Assembly: GCA_021812305.1 (NCBI GenBank)
Contig: JAKAOB010000002.1
Coordinates: forward strand, 1 to 46,949
Direction: 5' to 3'
Length of the DNA: 46,949 nucleotides
From: Thermoplasmata archaeon
GTDB taxonomy: Archaea; Thermoplasmatota; Thermoplasmata; Lutacidiplasmatales; UBA184
Shown here piece by piece: positions 37,310 through 46,821 of the stretch. The translations under genes and the position numbers were made by a program. The notes beneath the pieces were generated by a model. It saw only the letters and a program-made list of their open reading frames with translations. It was not told the DNA's origin and ran no database searches. Within the stretch, counting starts at the first letter, position 1. Every line of letters begins with the position of its first letter.

Positions 37310-37465
37310 CGCTCCCGGGTGAGCCGAACGGGGATTTGAGACCGGACCCCGGGGCCGGGACACCGGGCCCGCGGCCGGAGCGACGGAACGGGCAAGATTC
37401 GTCCGTTCGCCAACGCAAATGTTAAGGCTCACGCGCTTCCTCGGAGCCGCTGGGTTGCCTCGACC

Positions 37466-38617
37466 GTGCCGTCCGACCGTGCGCGAACCGCGCTCGGGGG
37501 GACGCTATTCCTCGAGGACGGGACCCGGTTCGAAGGGGTCGGGTTCGGCGCCGAGAGAAGCCGCGTCGGCGAGGTCGTCTTCACCACGGGGATGGTCGGC
37601 TACCCCGAGTCGCTGACCGACCCGTCCTACCGCGGCCAGATCCTCACCTTCACCTACCCGCTCCTCGGCAACTACGGCGTTCCCTCGCCGCGCGAGCGCG
37701 ATGCGCACCACCTCCCCGCGTTCGTCGAGTCGGAGGAGGTCCAGGTCCGCGGCGTCGTCGTTCGCGGCCTGACCCAGCCGCACCATTGGGCCTCGGCGAC
37801 CCGCCTGGAGAACTGGCTGAAGGACGAGGGGGTCCCCGGGATCGCGGGGGTCGACACGCGCCGGCTCACCGAGCACCTCCGGTCGTTCGGGGTGGTCCGG
37901 GGCATCCTCGACGTCGGACGGGCGGACGATCGGCCCTCGGACGAGGAACTTCGGGCGCGGCTCCGCCGCGCGCCGCAGTACGCCGACGAGGCGCTCGTCC
38001 CCGAGGTCTCCGTTCGGGAGCCGACCCTGTACGCGAGCAACGGCGGTCCGCTCGTCGCGGTCCTCGACTGCGGGGTCAAGGCCAGCATCCTCAAGGCGCT
38101 CCTTGCGCGGGGCGCCTCGGTCCTCCGGCTCCCCAGCGACCACGAGGTCCCGGAGCGCTTCGAGGGGCGGCGGGTTTGCGGCCTCCTGGTCGGGAACGGG
38201 CCCGGCGACCCCGCGCTCCTCACCGAGACCATCGCCGAGCTGCGCCGGCCGTCGACCCGGGCGCTCCCGACGCTCGGGATCTGCCTCGGGCACCAGCTCC
38301 TCGCGCTCGCGCGCGGCGGGACGACCTTCAAGCTCAAGTACGGCCACCGGGGGCAGAACAAGACCGTCTGCTTCGACGACGGCCGGGCACTGATCGCCAG
38401 TGAGAACCACGGCTACGCCGTCGAGCCGCGTTCTCTCAAGGGAAGCGGGCTGCGCCCGTGGGCGGTCAACCCGGACGACGATACCCTCGAGGGCCTGCGC
38501 GACGCCCGCGGCCGCCTCTGGGCCCTCCAGGGCCATCCCGAAGGCCACCCCGGCCCCCAGGAGGCCGGGTTCGTCTTCGACCGCTTCCTCGAGCGGGTCC
38601 GCAAGGAGGCCCCGTGA
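37466..38617 (+). CDS. carA: Carbamoyl-phosphate synthase small subunit
   Basis: GEVVFTTGMVGYPESLTDPSY, NGPGDP, GICLGHQ, HPE. Confidence 0.96.
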   Translation: MPSDRARTALGGTLFLEDGTRFEGVGFGAERSRVGEVVFTTGMVGYPESLTDPSYRGQILTFTYPLLGNYGVPSPRERDAHHLPAFVESEEVQVRGVVVRGLTQPHHWASATRLENWLKDEGVPGIAGVDTRRLTEHLRSFGVVRGILDVGRADDRPSDEELRARLRRAPQYADEALVPEVSVREPTLYASNGGPLVAVLDCGVKASILKALLARGASVLRLPSDHEVPERFEGRRVCGLLVGNGPGDPALLTETIAELRRPSTRALPTLGICLGHQLLALARGGTTFKLKYGHRGQNKTVCFDDGRALIASENHGYAVEPRSLKGSGLRPWAVNPDDDTLEGLRDARGRLWALQGHPEGHPGPQEAGFVFDRFLERVRKEAP

Positions 38618-41600
38618 AGACCTACCGCAAGATCCTCGTGCTCGGGAGCGGGGCGCTCAAGATCGGGGAGGCCGGCGAGTTCGACTACTCCGGCAGCCAG
38701 TGCCTCAAGGCGCTGCAGGAGGAGGGGATCTACGTCGTGGTCGTCAACCCGAACATCGCGACCCTGCAGACCGACCCCCCGACGAACGGGCGCGTCTATT
38801 TCCAGCCGCTCACCGCCGACTTCGTCGAGCCGATCCTCGCGGCCGAGCGGCCCGACGGGGTCCTGCTGAGCTTCGGGGGGCAGACCGCGCTCAACTGCGG
38901 GATCGCGCTGGCCGACCGCGGGGCGTTCCGCCGCTACGGTGTCGAGGTCCTCGGCACCCCGCTGTCGGGGATCCGGGCGACCGAGGATCGGGCGAAGTTC
39001 GTCAAGGCGATGGAACGGGCCGGGGTCCCGACCCTCCCGAGCCGCGCCGTCTATTCCATCGAGGAGGCCCTCGCCGCGGCCGAGACGCTGCACTATCCCG
39101 TGATGGTCCGGGTCGCCTACACCCTGGGAGGAAAGGGCGGGGGGATGGCCCGCACGCCCGACGAGCTGCGGGAGGTCGCGCAGCGCGGGCTCCGGGCGAG
39201 CCCGCTCGGTCAGATCCTCCTCGAGCGCTACGTCGGGGAGTTCAAGCAGCTCGAGTACGAGGTGGTCCGCGATCGGGCGGGCAACGCGCTCACGGTCTGC
39301 AACATGGAGAACGTGCTGTCGATGCGCGTGCACACGGGCGACAACATCGTCATCGCCCCGAGCCAGACGCTCACCGACCACGAGTACCAGATGCTCCGCC
39401 AGGCCGCGCTGCGGGCCGTCGAGGTCTGCGGGATCGTCGGCGAGTGCAACATCCAGTTCTGCCTCGACCCGAACAGCGACGAGTACTACGCGATCGAGAT
39501 CAACGCCCGGCTCTCCCGCTCGAGCGCGCTCGCGAGCAAGGCGACGGGCTACCCCCTCGCCTACGTCGCGGCCAAGCTCGCCCTCGGCAAGACCCTGCCC
39601 GAGCTCAAGAACCGGGTCACCGGCGTGACGAGCGCCTGCTTCGAGCCGGCGCTCGACTACGTCGTGGTCAAGCTCCCCCGCTGGGACCTCGACAAGTTCG
39701 CCCGGGCCAACCGCAAGCTCGGGCCGTCGATGAAGTCGGTCGGCGAGGTCATGGGGATCGGCGCGTCGTTCCCGGAGGCGCTGCTCAAGGCCGTGCGCAT
39801 GGGCGACCCGCGGGCGGAGCTCGTTCCCCCGCCGGAGTGCCGACCGCTCGCCGAGCTCCTCCCGGAGCTCTCCGAGCCGGAGCCGACGGTCCTCTACCGG
39901 GTCCTCGAGGCGATCCGGGCCGGGGCGTCCCTCGACGAGCTGCAGAAGCTGACGTACATCGACCGCTGGTTCCTGCAGGCGCTCTCTGAGGTCGAGGAGA
40001 CCCACCGCGCCCTCCAGGCCGGGGCGGGACGGGAGCTGCCCGAGCCGATCCTCCGGCGGGCCAAGGAGCTCGGACTGTCGGACCGCGCGATCGCCCGCGC
40101 CACCCGGCTCGACGAGGAGGAGGTCCGGTCCCGCCGCCTCGCCGCGGGGATCCGGCCCCACCTGAGGATGATCGACACCCTCGCCGGCGAGTGGCCGTCC
40201 CCGACGAACTACCTCTACATGACCTACCGATCGGACGCCGACGACGTCGTCCCCACGCCGCCCGGTAGCGTGCTCGTCCTGGGCGCGGGTCCCTACCGCA
40301 TCGGCTCGAGCGTCGAGTTCGACTGGTCGACGATGAACCTGGTGAGCGGGCTCAAGGCGGAGGGGATCCCGTGCGTGGCCCTGCTCAACTCCAACCCCGA
40401 GACCGTCTCGACGGACTACGACCGCTCCGACCGCCTCTACTTCGAGGAGATCACCCTCGAGCGCGTGCGGGACCTCTTCGAGTTCGAGAAGTTCCGCGGG
40501 GTCGTCACCTGCGTCGGGAGCCAGCTCGCGCAGAACCTGACCCCGCTGCTCCACGCCTGCGGCATCCCCGTCCTGGGCACCGCGGCCGAGTCGATCGACG
40601 CCGCCGAGGACCGCGCCCGCTTCGGCCACCTCATGGAGCGGCTGAAGATCCCGCAGCCGGCCTGGCGGGCGTTCACGACGGTCGACGCGGCGGCCGCGTT
40701 CGCCGACGACGTCGGCTACCCGGTGCTCGTCCGGCCGTCCTACGTACTGTCCGGCGCCGCGATGCGCGTCATCCACGGGCGCCACGACCTCGCCCGGTTC
40801 CTGTCGGAGGCGGCGGCGCTCTCCCCGGAGCACCCGGTCGTCCTCACCAAGTTCATCGAGGGGGCGAGCGAGGTCGAGCTCGACGCGATCTCCGACAGCC
40901 AGGGGGTCCTCGTCGCGGGGATCCTCGAGCACGTCGAGCGGGCCGGGGTCCACTCCGGCGACGCGATCTTCTGCCTGCCGCCCCGGCACACCTCCGTTCA
41001 GGTCCAGGCGGAGCTCGTCGAGGCCGCCGGTCGGATGGCGCGCGCCCTCGCGATCCGCGGTCCGTTCAACGTCCAGTTCCTGGTCAAGGACGGCGCCTTC
41101 CAGATCATCGAGCTCAACCTGCGGGCGAGCCGCTCGCTCCCGTTCCTCCAGAAGGCGACCGGCGCGCCGCTGCTCACCGAGGCCGCCCGCGCCATCCTGG
41201 GCCGTCCGGTCTCGCGGACGGGGATCGCGCCGCTGCCTCCCGGCCGCTGGGGCGTCAAGGTCCCCCAGTTCTCCTTCCTCCAGCTCACCGGCTCCGACCC
41301 GCTCCTCGGGGTCGAGATGCAGTCGACCGGTGAGGTCGCCTGCTTCGGGCCCACGTTCGCCGACGCCCTGGTCAAGGCGCTGGTCGCGACCGGCGTGCGC
41401 CTCGTCCCGAAGGGCGGGACCGCGTTCCTCTCGGTCGGGGGACCGCAGAACAAGGAGGCGATCGAAGCGCCCGCCCGCGAGCTCAGCCGGATCGGCTTCC
41501 GCCTCGCGGCGACGGAGGACACCGCCGCGTTCCTTTCGGCGCGCGGCTTCCGCGGCGTGAAGGTCCTGCACAAGGTCAGTGAACCGGACCGGCACCCGAA

Positions 41601-41931
41601 CGTCCTCGAGGAGGTCGACCGGGGCGGGATCGACCTGATGCTCAACATCCCCTCCTCGCTCACCCAGGAGAAGCTCGAGCGGATGCTCGAGGACGAGTAC
41701 GTCCTTCGACGCCGGGCGATCGAGCTCGGGATCCCGCTCTTCACGAGCCTCGAGCCGTTCACCGCCTACATCGAGGGGCTCGCGTGGCTCGACGAGCATC
41801 CCGTCACCGTCGAGCCGCTCTACGGCTCGCCGGAAGCGGGCGCTCCCGCGGTGCCGCGGGCGCCGCTCAGCGTGCCGGTCCCGCGTCTGGCCCCGGCCCG
41901 TCGCCGGGCGCGGCGGTCGGCGTCGCGCTAG
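38614..41931 (+). CDS. carB: Carbamoyl-phosphate synthase large subunit
   Basis: GEAGEFDYSG, two ATP-grasp halves, GPYRIGSSVEFD, NPETVSTDYD, MGS domain; GTGA overlap with carA. Confidence 0.97.
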   Translation: MKTYRKILVLGSGALKIGEAGEFDYSGSQCLKALQEEGIYVVVVNPNIATLQTDPPTNGRVYFQPLTADFVEPILAAERPDGVLLSFGGQTALNCGIALADRGAFRRYGVEVLGTPLSGIRATEDRAKFVKAMERAGVPTLPSRAVYSIEEALAAAETLHYPVMVRVAYTLGGKGGGMARTPDELREVAQRGLRASPLGQILLERYVGEFKQLEYEVVRDRAGNALTVCNMENVLSMRVHTGDNIVIAPSQTLTDHEYQMLRQAALRAVEVCGIVGECNIQFCLDPNSDEYYAIEINARLSRSSALASKATGYPLAYVAAKLALGKTLPELKNRVTGVTSACFEPALDYVVVKLPRWDLDKFARANRKLGPSMKSVGEVMGIGASFPEALLKAVRMGDPRAELVPPPECRPLAELLPELSEPEPTVLYRVLEAIRAGASLDELQKLTYIDRWFLQALSEVEETHRALQAGAGRELPEPILRRAKELGLSDRAIARATRLDEEEVRSRRLAAGIRPHLRMIDTLAGEWPSPTNYLYMTYRSDADDVVPTPPGSVLVLGAGPYRIGSSVEFDWSTMNLVSGLKAEGIPCVALLNSNPETVSTDYDRSDRLYFEEITLERVRDLFEFEKFRGVVTCVGSQLAQNLTPLLHACGIPVLGTAAESIDAAEDRARFGHLMERLKIPQPAWRAFTTVDAAAAFADDVGYPVLVRPSYVLSGAAMRVIHGRHDLARFLSEAAALSPEHPVVLTKFIEGASEVELDAISDSQGVLVAGILEHVERAGVHSGDAIFCLPPRHTSVQVQAELVEAAGRMARALAIRGPFNVQFLVKDGAFQIIELNLRASRSLPFLQKATGAPLLTEAARAILGRPVSRTGIAPLPPGRWGVKVPQFSFLQLTGSDPLLGVEMQSTGEVACFGPTFADALVKALVATGVRLVPKGGTAFLSVGGPQNKEAIEAPARELSRIGFRLAATEDTAAFLSARGFRGVKVLHKVSEPDRHPNVLEEVDRGGIDLMLNIPSSLTQEKLERMLEDEYVLRRRAIELGIPLFTSLEPFTAYIEGLAWLDEHPVTVEPLYGSPEAGAPAVPRAPLSVPVPRLAPARRRARRSASR

Positions 41932-42614
41932 AACGGGAACTTCGTCACCGTGTACTCGGGGACGACGGTGCTCGTGTCGAGCACCTCGGGGATCGCGCGG
42001 ATCCGCTCCGTGACGAAGTCCAGGACCGCGCGCTTGCGGCCCCGGGCGATCTCGAACTCGAGCACGATGAAGACGTCCCAGTCCCCGGTCAAGAAGTGCA
42101 TCTCGCGGACCTCGGCCAGGCCCAGGAGGGTCTCGCGGATGCGCTCGAGGTCCCCGCCGCGGACCTTGAGGTAGGTGTACGCCCGCTGCGCCTGCAGCTC
42201 GGCCGGCATCATCTCGCAGAGGTGCTCCTCCGTGAACCGCTCGCATCCCTCGAGCCGCGCGTCGCCCGGCCCGATGAGGACCGGGAAGGTCTGGACGCCG
42301 CGCAGGCGCTCCGTGACGAGCCGCTCGAAGCGGCCGACCCTCGCGACGTCGACGACCTTGATCGCGTAGCCGCGCTTCGCGGCCAGCTCCTCGGTGAGGG
42401 CCACGCACCGGGCCTGGTCGTCCGAAAGGAAGTACGTCTCCTCCGTCGCCCGGGACGCCTCGGAGTCCATGTGGGGCGGCTGGCGGTACTCCGTGACCCC
42501 GCCCTCCTCCGGGTGCGAGGCCGCCCCCGTGGGGCTCGGGGGCCGGTAGAAGCTCGTCACGGCCTTCCGGCTCTGGACGTAGAGACTGAGCTCGCGCCGC
42601 TGTTCTTCGGGCAT
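41928..42614 (-). CDS. Thioredoxin/glutaredoxin-like domain fused to an Lrp/AsnC ligand-binding (RAM) domain; no HTH
   Basis: IKVVDV...GVQTFPVLI (cis-Pro strand); C-terminal EVREMHFLTGDWDVF...RIRAIPEVLDTST. Confidence 0.75.
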   Translation of the reverse strand: MPEEQRRELSLYVQSRKAVTSFYRPPSPTGAASHPEEGGVTEYRQPPHMDSEASRATEETYFLSDDQARCVALTEELAAKRGYAIKVVDVARVGRFERLVTERLRGVQTFPVLIGPGDARLEGCERFTEEHLCEMMPAELQAQRAYTYLKVRGGDLERIRETLLGLAEVREMHFLTGDWDVFIVLEFEIARGRKRAVLDFVTERIRAIPEVLDTSTVVPEYTVTKFPF

Positions 42615-42662
42615 GGAACGGTCGGCGGAAAGGGTGGGGGCTCTATTTAACGAATGACGCCG

Positions 42663-42698
42663 AGAGGGAAAGGGTAGGGGCGGGCCGAAGCCCGCCCC
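42663..42698 (-). terminator. Terminator-like hairpin downstream of ssb
   Basis: Minus strand reads GGGGCGGGC-TTCG-GCCCGCCCC followed by the pyrimidine tract TACCCTTTCCCTCT. Confidence 0.6.
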
Positions 42699-42722
42699 GT
42701 TCCGGTCGGGTCGCCGGGCGGC

Positions 42723-43226
42723 TCAGTAGCGCTTGTACGACTCGGAGCGCTCGCGGCCACCGCCGCCACCGCCCCCGCCGTACCCGCGCCCGCCACCGTA
42801 GCCACCGCCGCCGCCGCCACCGGGCCGGTCGCGGTAGCCGCCACCGCCCCCGAAGGAGCGGCGCTCGGACTCGAACTCCTGCTGGCTCATGTCGAGGGTC
42901 TGGTTGACCTCGCCGATCGGGTCTGTCGACTTCGTGAGGTTGCCGTAGCGGCCGACGTTGAGGCGCATGTGGCCCCGGACGAGGGAGACGTAGCCGTTGT
43001 CGACCAGGATGATGTCGTCCTTCGCGATCGACCCGATCTGCTCGTTCCACAGCGACAGCGTGATCGTGGCGGTGTCGTCGCCGATGACCGCCTCGGCCAC
43101 CTTGCGGGGGTCGCCGTACTTGCCCATGACCTCCTTCGCCTCGCCCACGTTCAGTACCTTCGCGTGGACGTTCACTTGCTTCGAGCTCGGGGTCAGGTCG
43201 CGCACTTTCGTCAGGGGTTTCTCCAT
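42723..43226 (-). CDS. ssb: Single-OB-fold SSB with a Gly/Arg/Tyr-rich tail
   Basis: KVRDL...VNV.AKV...VAEAVIGDDTA...LSLW...NGY...RLNVGRYG. Confidence 0.88.
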   Translation of the reverse strand: MEKPLTKVRDLTPSSKQVNVHAKVLNVGEAKEVMGKYGDPRKVAEAVIGDDTATITLSLWNEQIGSIAKDDIILVDNGYVSLVRGHMRLNVGRYGNLTKSTDPIGEVNQTLDMSQQEFESERRSFGGGGGYRDRPGGGGGGGYGGGRGYGGGGGGGGRERSESYKRY

Positions 43227-43493
43227 GTCGGTTCCTCTTCGCGTTTCGCGTGGGTCCGAACCCTAGGGCCCGAGCCCAATCCAAGCATCTCGGGTCAGAA
43301 GTAAGGTCTGACGGGGCGCTCGAACAGGGTCGGGCTTTCGGGTTCTACTGAACGTGAGGATTCGGCCGCTGTATTTAAAGACTGTCCCGGCGTGAGCCGG
43401 CGTCGCTCACCGGTGCGCCCCGAGGGCGGGACCATCGCTCCGGGGACTCGGCAGGCTTTTTTCCCGGGCCCGACTTGCGCGACCGGGGGCACC

Positions 43494-44243
43494 GTGAGCC
43501 AGCGCTTCGACCTGGGCGTTCATTACTTCCTCAAGGGGGAGTACGATCGGGCCGTCCGGGCCTTCCAGGACGTCCTGATGGACGACCCGAACAACGCCCG
43601 GGCGCTGACGTACCTCGGCGTCTCGCTCGCGCACCTCGGACGCGCCGCGGAGTCCGAAGCGACCCTCTCGCGGGCGATCTCGCTCGGCCCGCAGAACGGC
43701 GAGGCCTGGTTCCACCTCGGCGTCGCCCGGTCGCTGCGCAGCGAATGGCCGGAGGCCGTTTCGGCCTACCGCCACGCCGTCGCGCTCCTCCCCGGCGACC
43801 TCGTCGCCTGGCACCGCCTCGGCGTCGCGCTCGCGGAGAGCGGGGACGAGGACGCCGCCTCGGCGGCGTTCGAACGGGCGCTCGTGCTCTCCCGCGAGAC
43901 CTCGACCGCGCCGCTCGAGGAGCCGGTCCCCCTGCGCGCCGATCCGCACCTCACCGAGGTCGGCGAAAAGGAGGGCATGCGGGAGGCGCAGAGCTGGATC
44001 GACCTGGCCCTCTCGCTCCTGAGCCTCGGGGAGGAAGAGGAGGCGATGGCCGCCTACGACCGCGCGCTCAGCCTCGACCCGGAACGCGCGCGCCGCTCGC
44101 TGTTCTCGCCGATGCTGCGTCTGCTGACGGCGGTGAGCGGCCAGCCGGTCGAGGACGAGCCCGAGGAGGAGGACGCCGAGGGCCCCGCCCCGAGGGTGTA
44201 TCGCCCACCGGGCGGACCCGACGACCGTCCCGAGATCGCCTGA
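43494..44243 (+). CDS. TPR-repeat protein
   Basis: Repeated TPR consensus (ALTYLG, AWFHLG, AWHRLG, AYDRAL.LDP). Confidence 0.9.
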   Translation: MSQRFDLGVHYFLKGEYDRAVRAFQDVLMDDPNNARALTYLGVSLAHLGRAAESEATLSRAISLGPQNGEAWFHLGVARSLRSEWPEAVSAYRHAVALLPGDLVAWHRLGVALAESGDEDAASAAFERALVLSRETSTAPLEEPVPLRADPHLTEVGEKEGMREAQSWIDLALSLLSLGEEEEAMAAYDRALSLDPERARRSLFSPMLRLLTAVSGQPVEDEPEEEDAEGPAPRVYRPPGGPDDRPEIA

Positions 44244-44426
44244 GCGGCCCGCGGGCCGCGGGGGCGACGCCCCCCGGGGTGGATCGGGACCCGAGGCTCC
44301 GCCCCGCCGGTCCGCACGACCGCGCCGCGGGCCCCGCCGGATCCCCCCCTCCGCGGGCTCCGGGAGTGGGGCCCCGCCAGGTTCGGCCATCCCGTCCTGG
44401 AGGCGCCGGGCGCCCGGACCGCGCCG

Positions 44427-45629
44427 TCAGTCGCCGTCCGGCCCCGCGGAGGACGCGGGCGCGCCCCCGGTCGGGGGGAACGGCGCCTCGGCACCCTCCG
44501 GCGGCCGGTCGATGATGAGCGACGCGGCATAGTCGCGGACCTTCTCCCGCCGGGCCCGGTGCTCCTCGAGGAACCCCTGGACCCGTTCGATCAGCATCCC
44601 CTTGCACTCGCCGCAGAGCAGCGTGCCCTGGCGGCAGCCCTCGGTGATCCGCGTGAACTCCGCCTCGTCCGGGGCGAACTTCGACCGCCACGCTGCCCAC
44701 ACCGAGCAGATCTCGGGCGTCGCCCCGAGGCGGCGCTGCTCCTCGACGCTCGCGCGCCCGCCGGTGAAGGCCTTCCGGATCTTGCGGTCGATCTCCTTCG
44801 GCGGATCGTTGAGGAAGAGCGCGTTGTCCCTCCCGTCGCCGGTCGTGGACATCACGCGCCCTCCGAGGAGGCCGGGGAGCATCTGCGACAGGAGCAGGGC
44901 CGGCTTCGGGTAGCCGAGCCCCTCGGCGATGTCCCGCGTGACACGGAAGTGCGGATCCTGATCGATCCCGCAGGGGATGAGGCAGGGAACGGCGCGCTTC
45001 GCGACCCACGACGGGTAGAAGCACGGCACGGTCTGGAGCGCCGTGTAGAACACGAGCCCGACGTTCTGGCTGGGGGGAAAGCCGAAGACGGCGCGGACGG
45101 TGGAGTACGGGACCTTCTTCGCCACGTCGACGGCGAGCGGGTAGAGGGCCGCGATCGAGCGGGTGTCGAAGAAGACGTGCGTCCGCTTCGGGTCGAACCC
45201 GACGGCCAGGAGATCGAGGAGGTTCTCCCAGCCCCACCGGGCGGTCTCGGACCGCGTGAGGTGCGGGCGGAACCAGAACTTCTCGTCGTCGGTGATCTGG
45301 ATGTACATGGGCACGTCGAACTTCTCCTGCACCCAGCGGCACAGGTCGAACGGCACGAGGTGGGCGGTGTGGAGGGGCCCGGAGGGCCCCCGGCCGGAGT
45401 AGAGGAAGAAGCGCCGGCCCCGCGCATGGTCGGCCAGCAGGGCGGCGAGGTCCCGATGGGAGTAGTAGATCCCACGCCGGAGCAGCGGGTGGAGCTCCCC
45501 CGCGACCGACCGGATGCCCTCGAGAATCTCCGGGGTCAGGCGCTCGGCCCCGAACTTCTCCCGGAGGCGGTCGTGGTCGACGGGGCCCCGGACCTCGTAG
45601 GGAGTGACGACGAACTCCTCGTCCGCCAC
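44427..45629 (-). CDS. trpS: Tryptophanyl-tRNA synthetase (archaeal/eukaryal type)
   Basis: VTPYEV, LYSGRGPSGPLHTAH, QITDDEKF, CLIPCGIDQDPHFRVTRD, KAFTGGR, LLCGECK. Confidence 0.95.
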   Translation of the reverse strand: MADEEFVVTPYEVRGPVDHDRLREKFGAERLTPEILEGIRSVAGELHPLLRRGIYYSHRDLAALLADHARGRRFFLYSGRGPSGPLHTAHLVPFDLCRWVQEKFDVPMYIQITDDEKFWFRPHLTRSETARWGWENLLDLLAVGFDPKRTHVFFDTRSIAALYPLAVDVAKKVPYSTVRAVFGFPPSQNVGLVFYTALQTVPCFYPSWVAKRAVPCLIPCGIDQDPHFRVTRDIAEGLGYPKPALLLSQMLPGLLGGRVMSTTGDGRDNALFLNDPPKEIDRKIRKAFTGGRASVEEQRRLGATPEICSVWAAWRSKFAPDEAEFTRITEGCRQGTLLCGECKGMLIERVQGFLEEHRARREKVRDYAASLIIDRPPEGAEAPFPPTGGAPASSAGPDGD

Positions 45630-45639
45630 GGCCCTTCGC

Positions 45640-45948
45640 CTACGCCTCCGGGAAGGTGATCTTGGAGAGGAGGGCCTCGCGCTCCTGCAGGGGGACCCCC
45701 GCCGAGGAGAGGGCCTCCGCGACGCACGAGCGGCTGTGATTGTGGTAGATGGTGTGCCCGCACCCGGGACAGCTCGCCCATCCCTGGATGATGCGCCGCA
45801 GCCCCTCCCGGCTCGACGAGGAGTCCCGGCGCGCGAACCGGTCGACGAGGACCGCCGCCCCGCTCGAGCTCTCGAGGTTCGTGAGCCCGACCCGGACCGG
45901 GGTATTGCAGACCGGGCACCGAGCGGGGGCGCGGCAGGTGCACCGCAT
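45640..45948 (-). CDS. Small Cys/His-rich, probably Zn-binding hypothetical protein, likely co-transcribed with trpS
   Basis: CTC...CPVC and CPGC.H..HNH..C; stop 10 nt before the trpS GTG. Confidence 0.7.
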   Translation of the reverse strand: MRCTCRAPARCPVCNTPVRVGLTNLESSSGAAVLVDRFARRDSSSSREGLRRIIQGWASCPGCGHTIYHNHSRSCVAEALSSAGVPLQEREALLSKITFPEA

Positions 45949-46077
45949 CAAATCCCCTTGACCCGCGTACGAGTTAAAACGTACCCACGGACGACGCAGG
46001 GCGTCGACCGCCGTCCTCCCCCCCAGCCGACGGGCCCCCCGGGGGGCTTAAGGGGCGGGGGGAGCTCGGCGTCCCCG

Positions 46078-46419
46078 GTGGCGACGCTCGGCCCGGCCTC
46101 ATCGGCATGGGCCCTCCACGAGACCCTGCTCGAGGTCCTCCGCCGCCTGAACCAGGCCGAGGGCCGCGACCTGGACGTCCCCGGGCTCGAGTACGCCGAG
46201 CTCGAACGGGCCATGCGACTGTTCTGGGCCGCGCTGGCCGGCGAGGTCGAGCTCGACTTCGCCCTCCGCCTCCTCGTCGAGAACGGGCTCGTCGGACAGC
46301 AGGACGCTCCGGCCTACTCCTGGGAGCGGCGACGGCTCGTCGGCGAACGGTTCCGCATCACGACGCTCGGCAAGTCGTACCTCGTCCGCCAGATCGAGGA
46401 GTCCGACCGCATCCGCTGA
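46078..46419 (+). CDS. Winged-helix-like hypothetical protein (paralog A)
   Basis: GTG 46078 after TATA-like CTTAAG; ALRLLVENGLV...RFRITTLGK wing motif. Confidence 0.75.
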   Translation: MATLGPASSAWALHETLLEVLRRLNQAEGRDLDVPGLEYAELERAMRLFWAALAGEVELDFALRLLVENGLVGQQDAPAYSWERRRLVGERFRITTLGKSYLVRQIEESDRIR

Positions 46420-46476
46420 CCCGCGGCCGCCGCGCGAGGCTCCATATACCCCTTCCCCGCGTAATCTTCCGATACG

Positions 46477-46821
46477 ATGGTCCCCCCGGCGGCCACGCAG
46501 GACCCGGTGCGCGCCACCCTGGTGGCGATCCTGAAGCAGCTCAACCAGGCGATGTCCCAGAACGAGGGGAAGGTCGAGGAGCAGGCGCTCGAACTGCCGG
46601 AGATCGAGCAGCGCCTCCAGGACTTCTGGGCCGTCAGCCAGGGAGCGATCAAGGTCTCGCTCGCGCTCGGCCTGCTGCTGAGGAACGGGCTGGTCGGGGT
46701 CCAGGACCGATCGGGCTACTCCTGGCAGCGGCAGCGGGCCGCCCGCCAGCGCTTCGTCATCACGGCGGCGGGCAAGAAGTTCCTCGTGGACGCCCTCGAG
46801 ACCTCCGACCGCATCGCCTAG
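46477..46821 (+). CDS. Winged-helix-like hypothetical protein (paralog B)
   Basis: ALGLLLRNGLV...RFVITAAGKK; clear paralog of the preceding ORF. Confidence 0.8.
   Translation: MVPPAATQDPVRATLVAILKQLNQAMSQNEGKVEEQALELPEIEQRLQDFWAVSQGAIKVSLALGLLLRNGLVGVQDRSGYSWQRQRAARQRFVITAAGKKFLVDALETSDRIA

Noticed and set aside
38413..42408. Very long antisense or alternative-frame ORFs (for example 1331 aa here, also 26982-29981 and 32669-34939)
   Set aside because: Shadow ORFs caused by high GC3. They overlap well-supported genes and have Arg/Pro/Gly-rich, motif-free translations.
44244..44420. Perfect palindrome GCGGCCCGCGGGCCGC and GC stems between the convergent TPR and trpS genes as a MITE/REP
   Set aside because: No second copy or target duplication seen. 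Consistent with a terminator region or chance in extreme GC.
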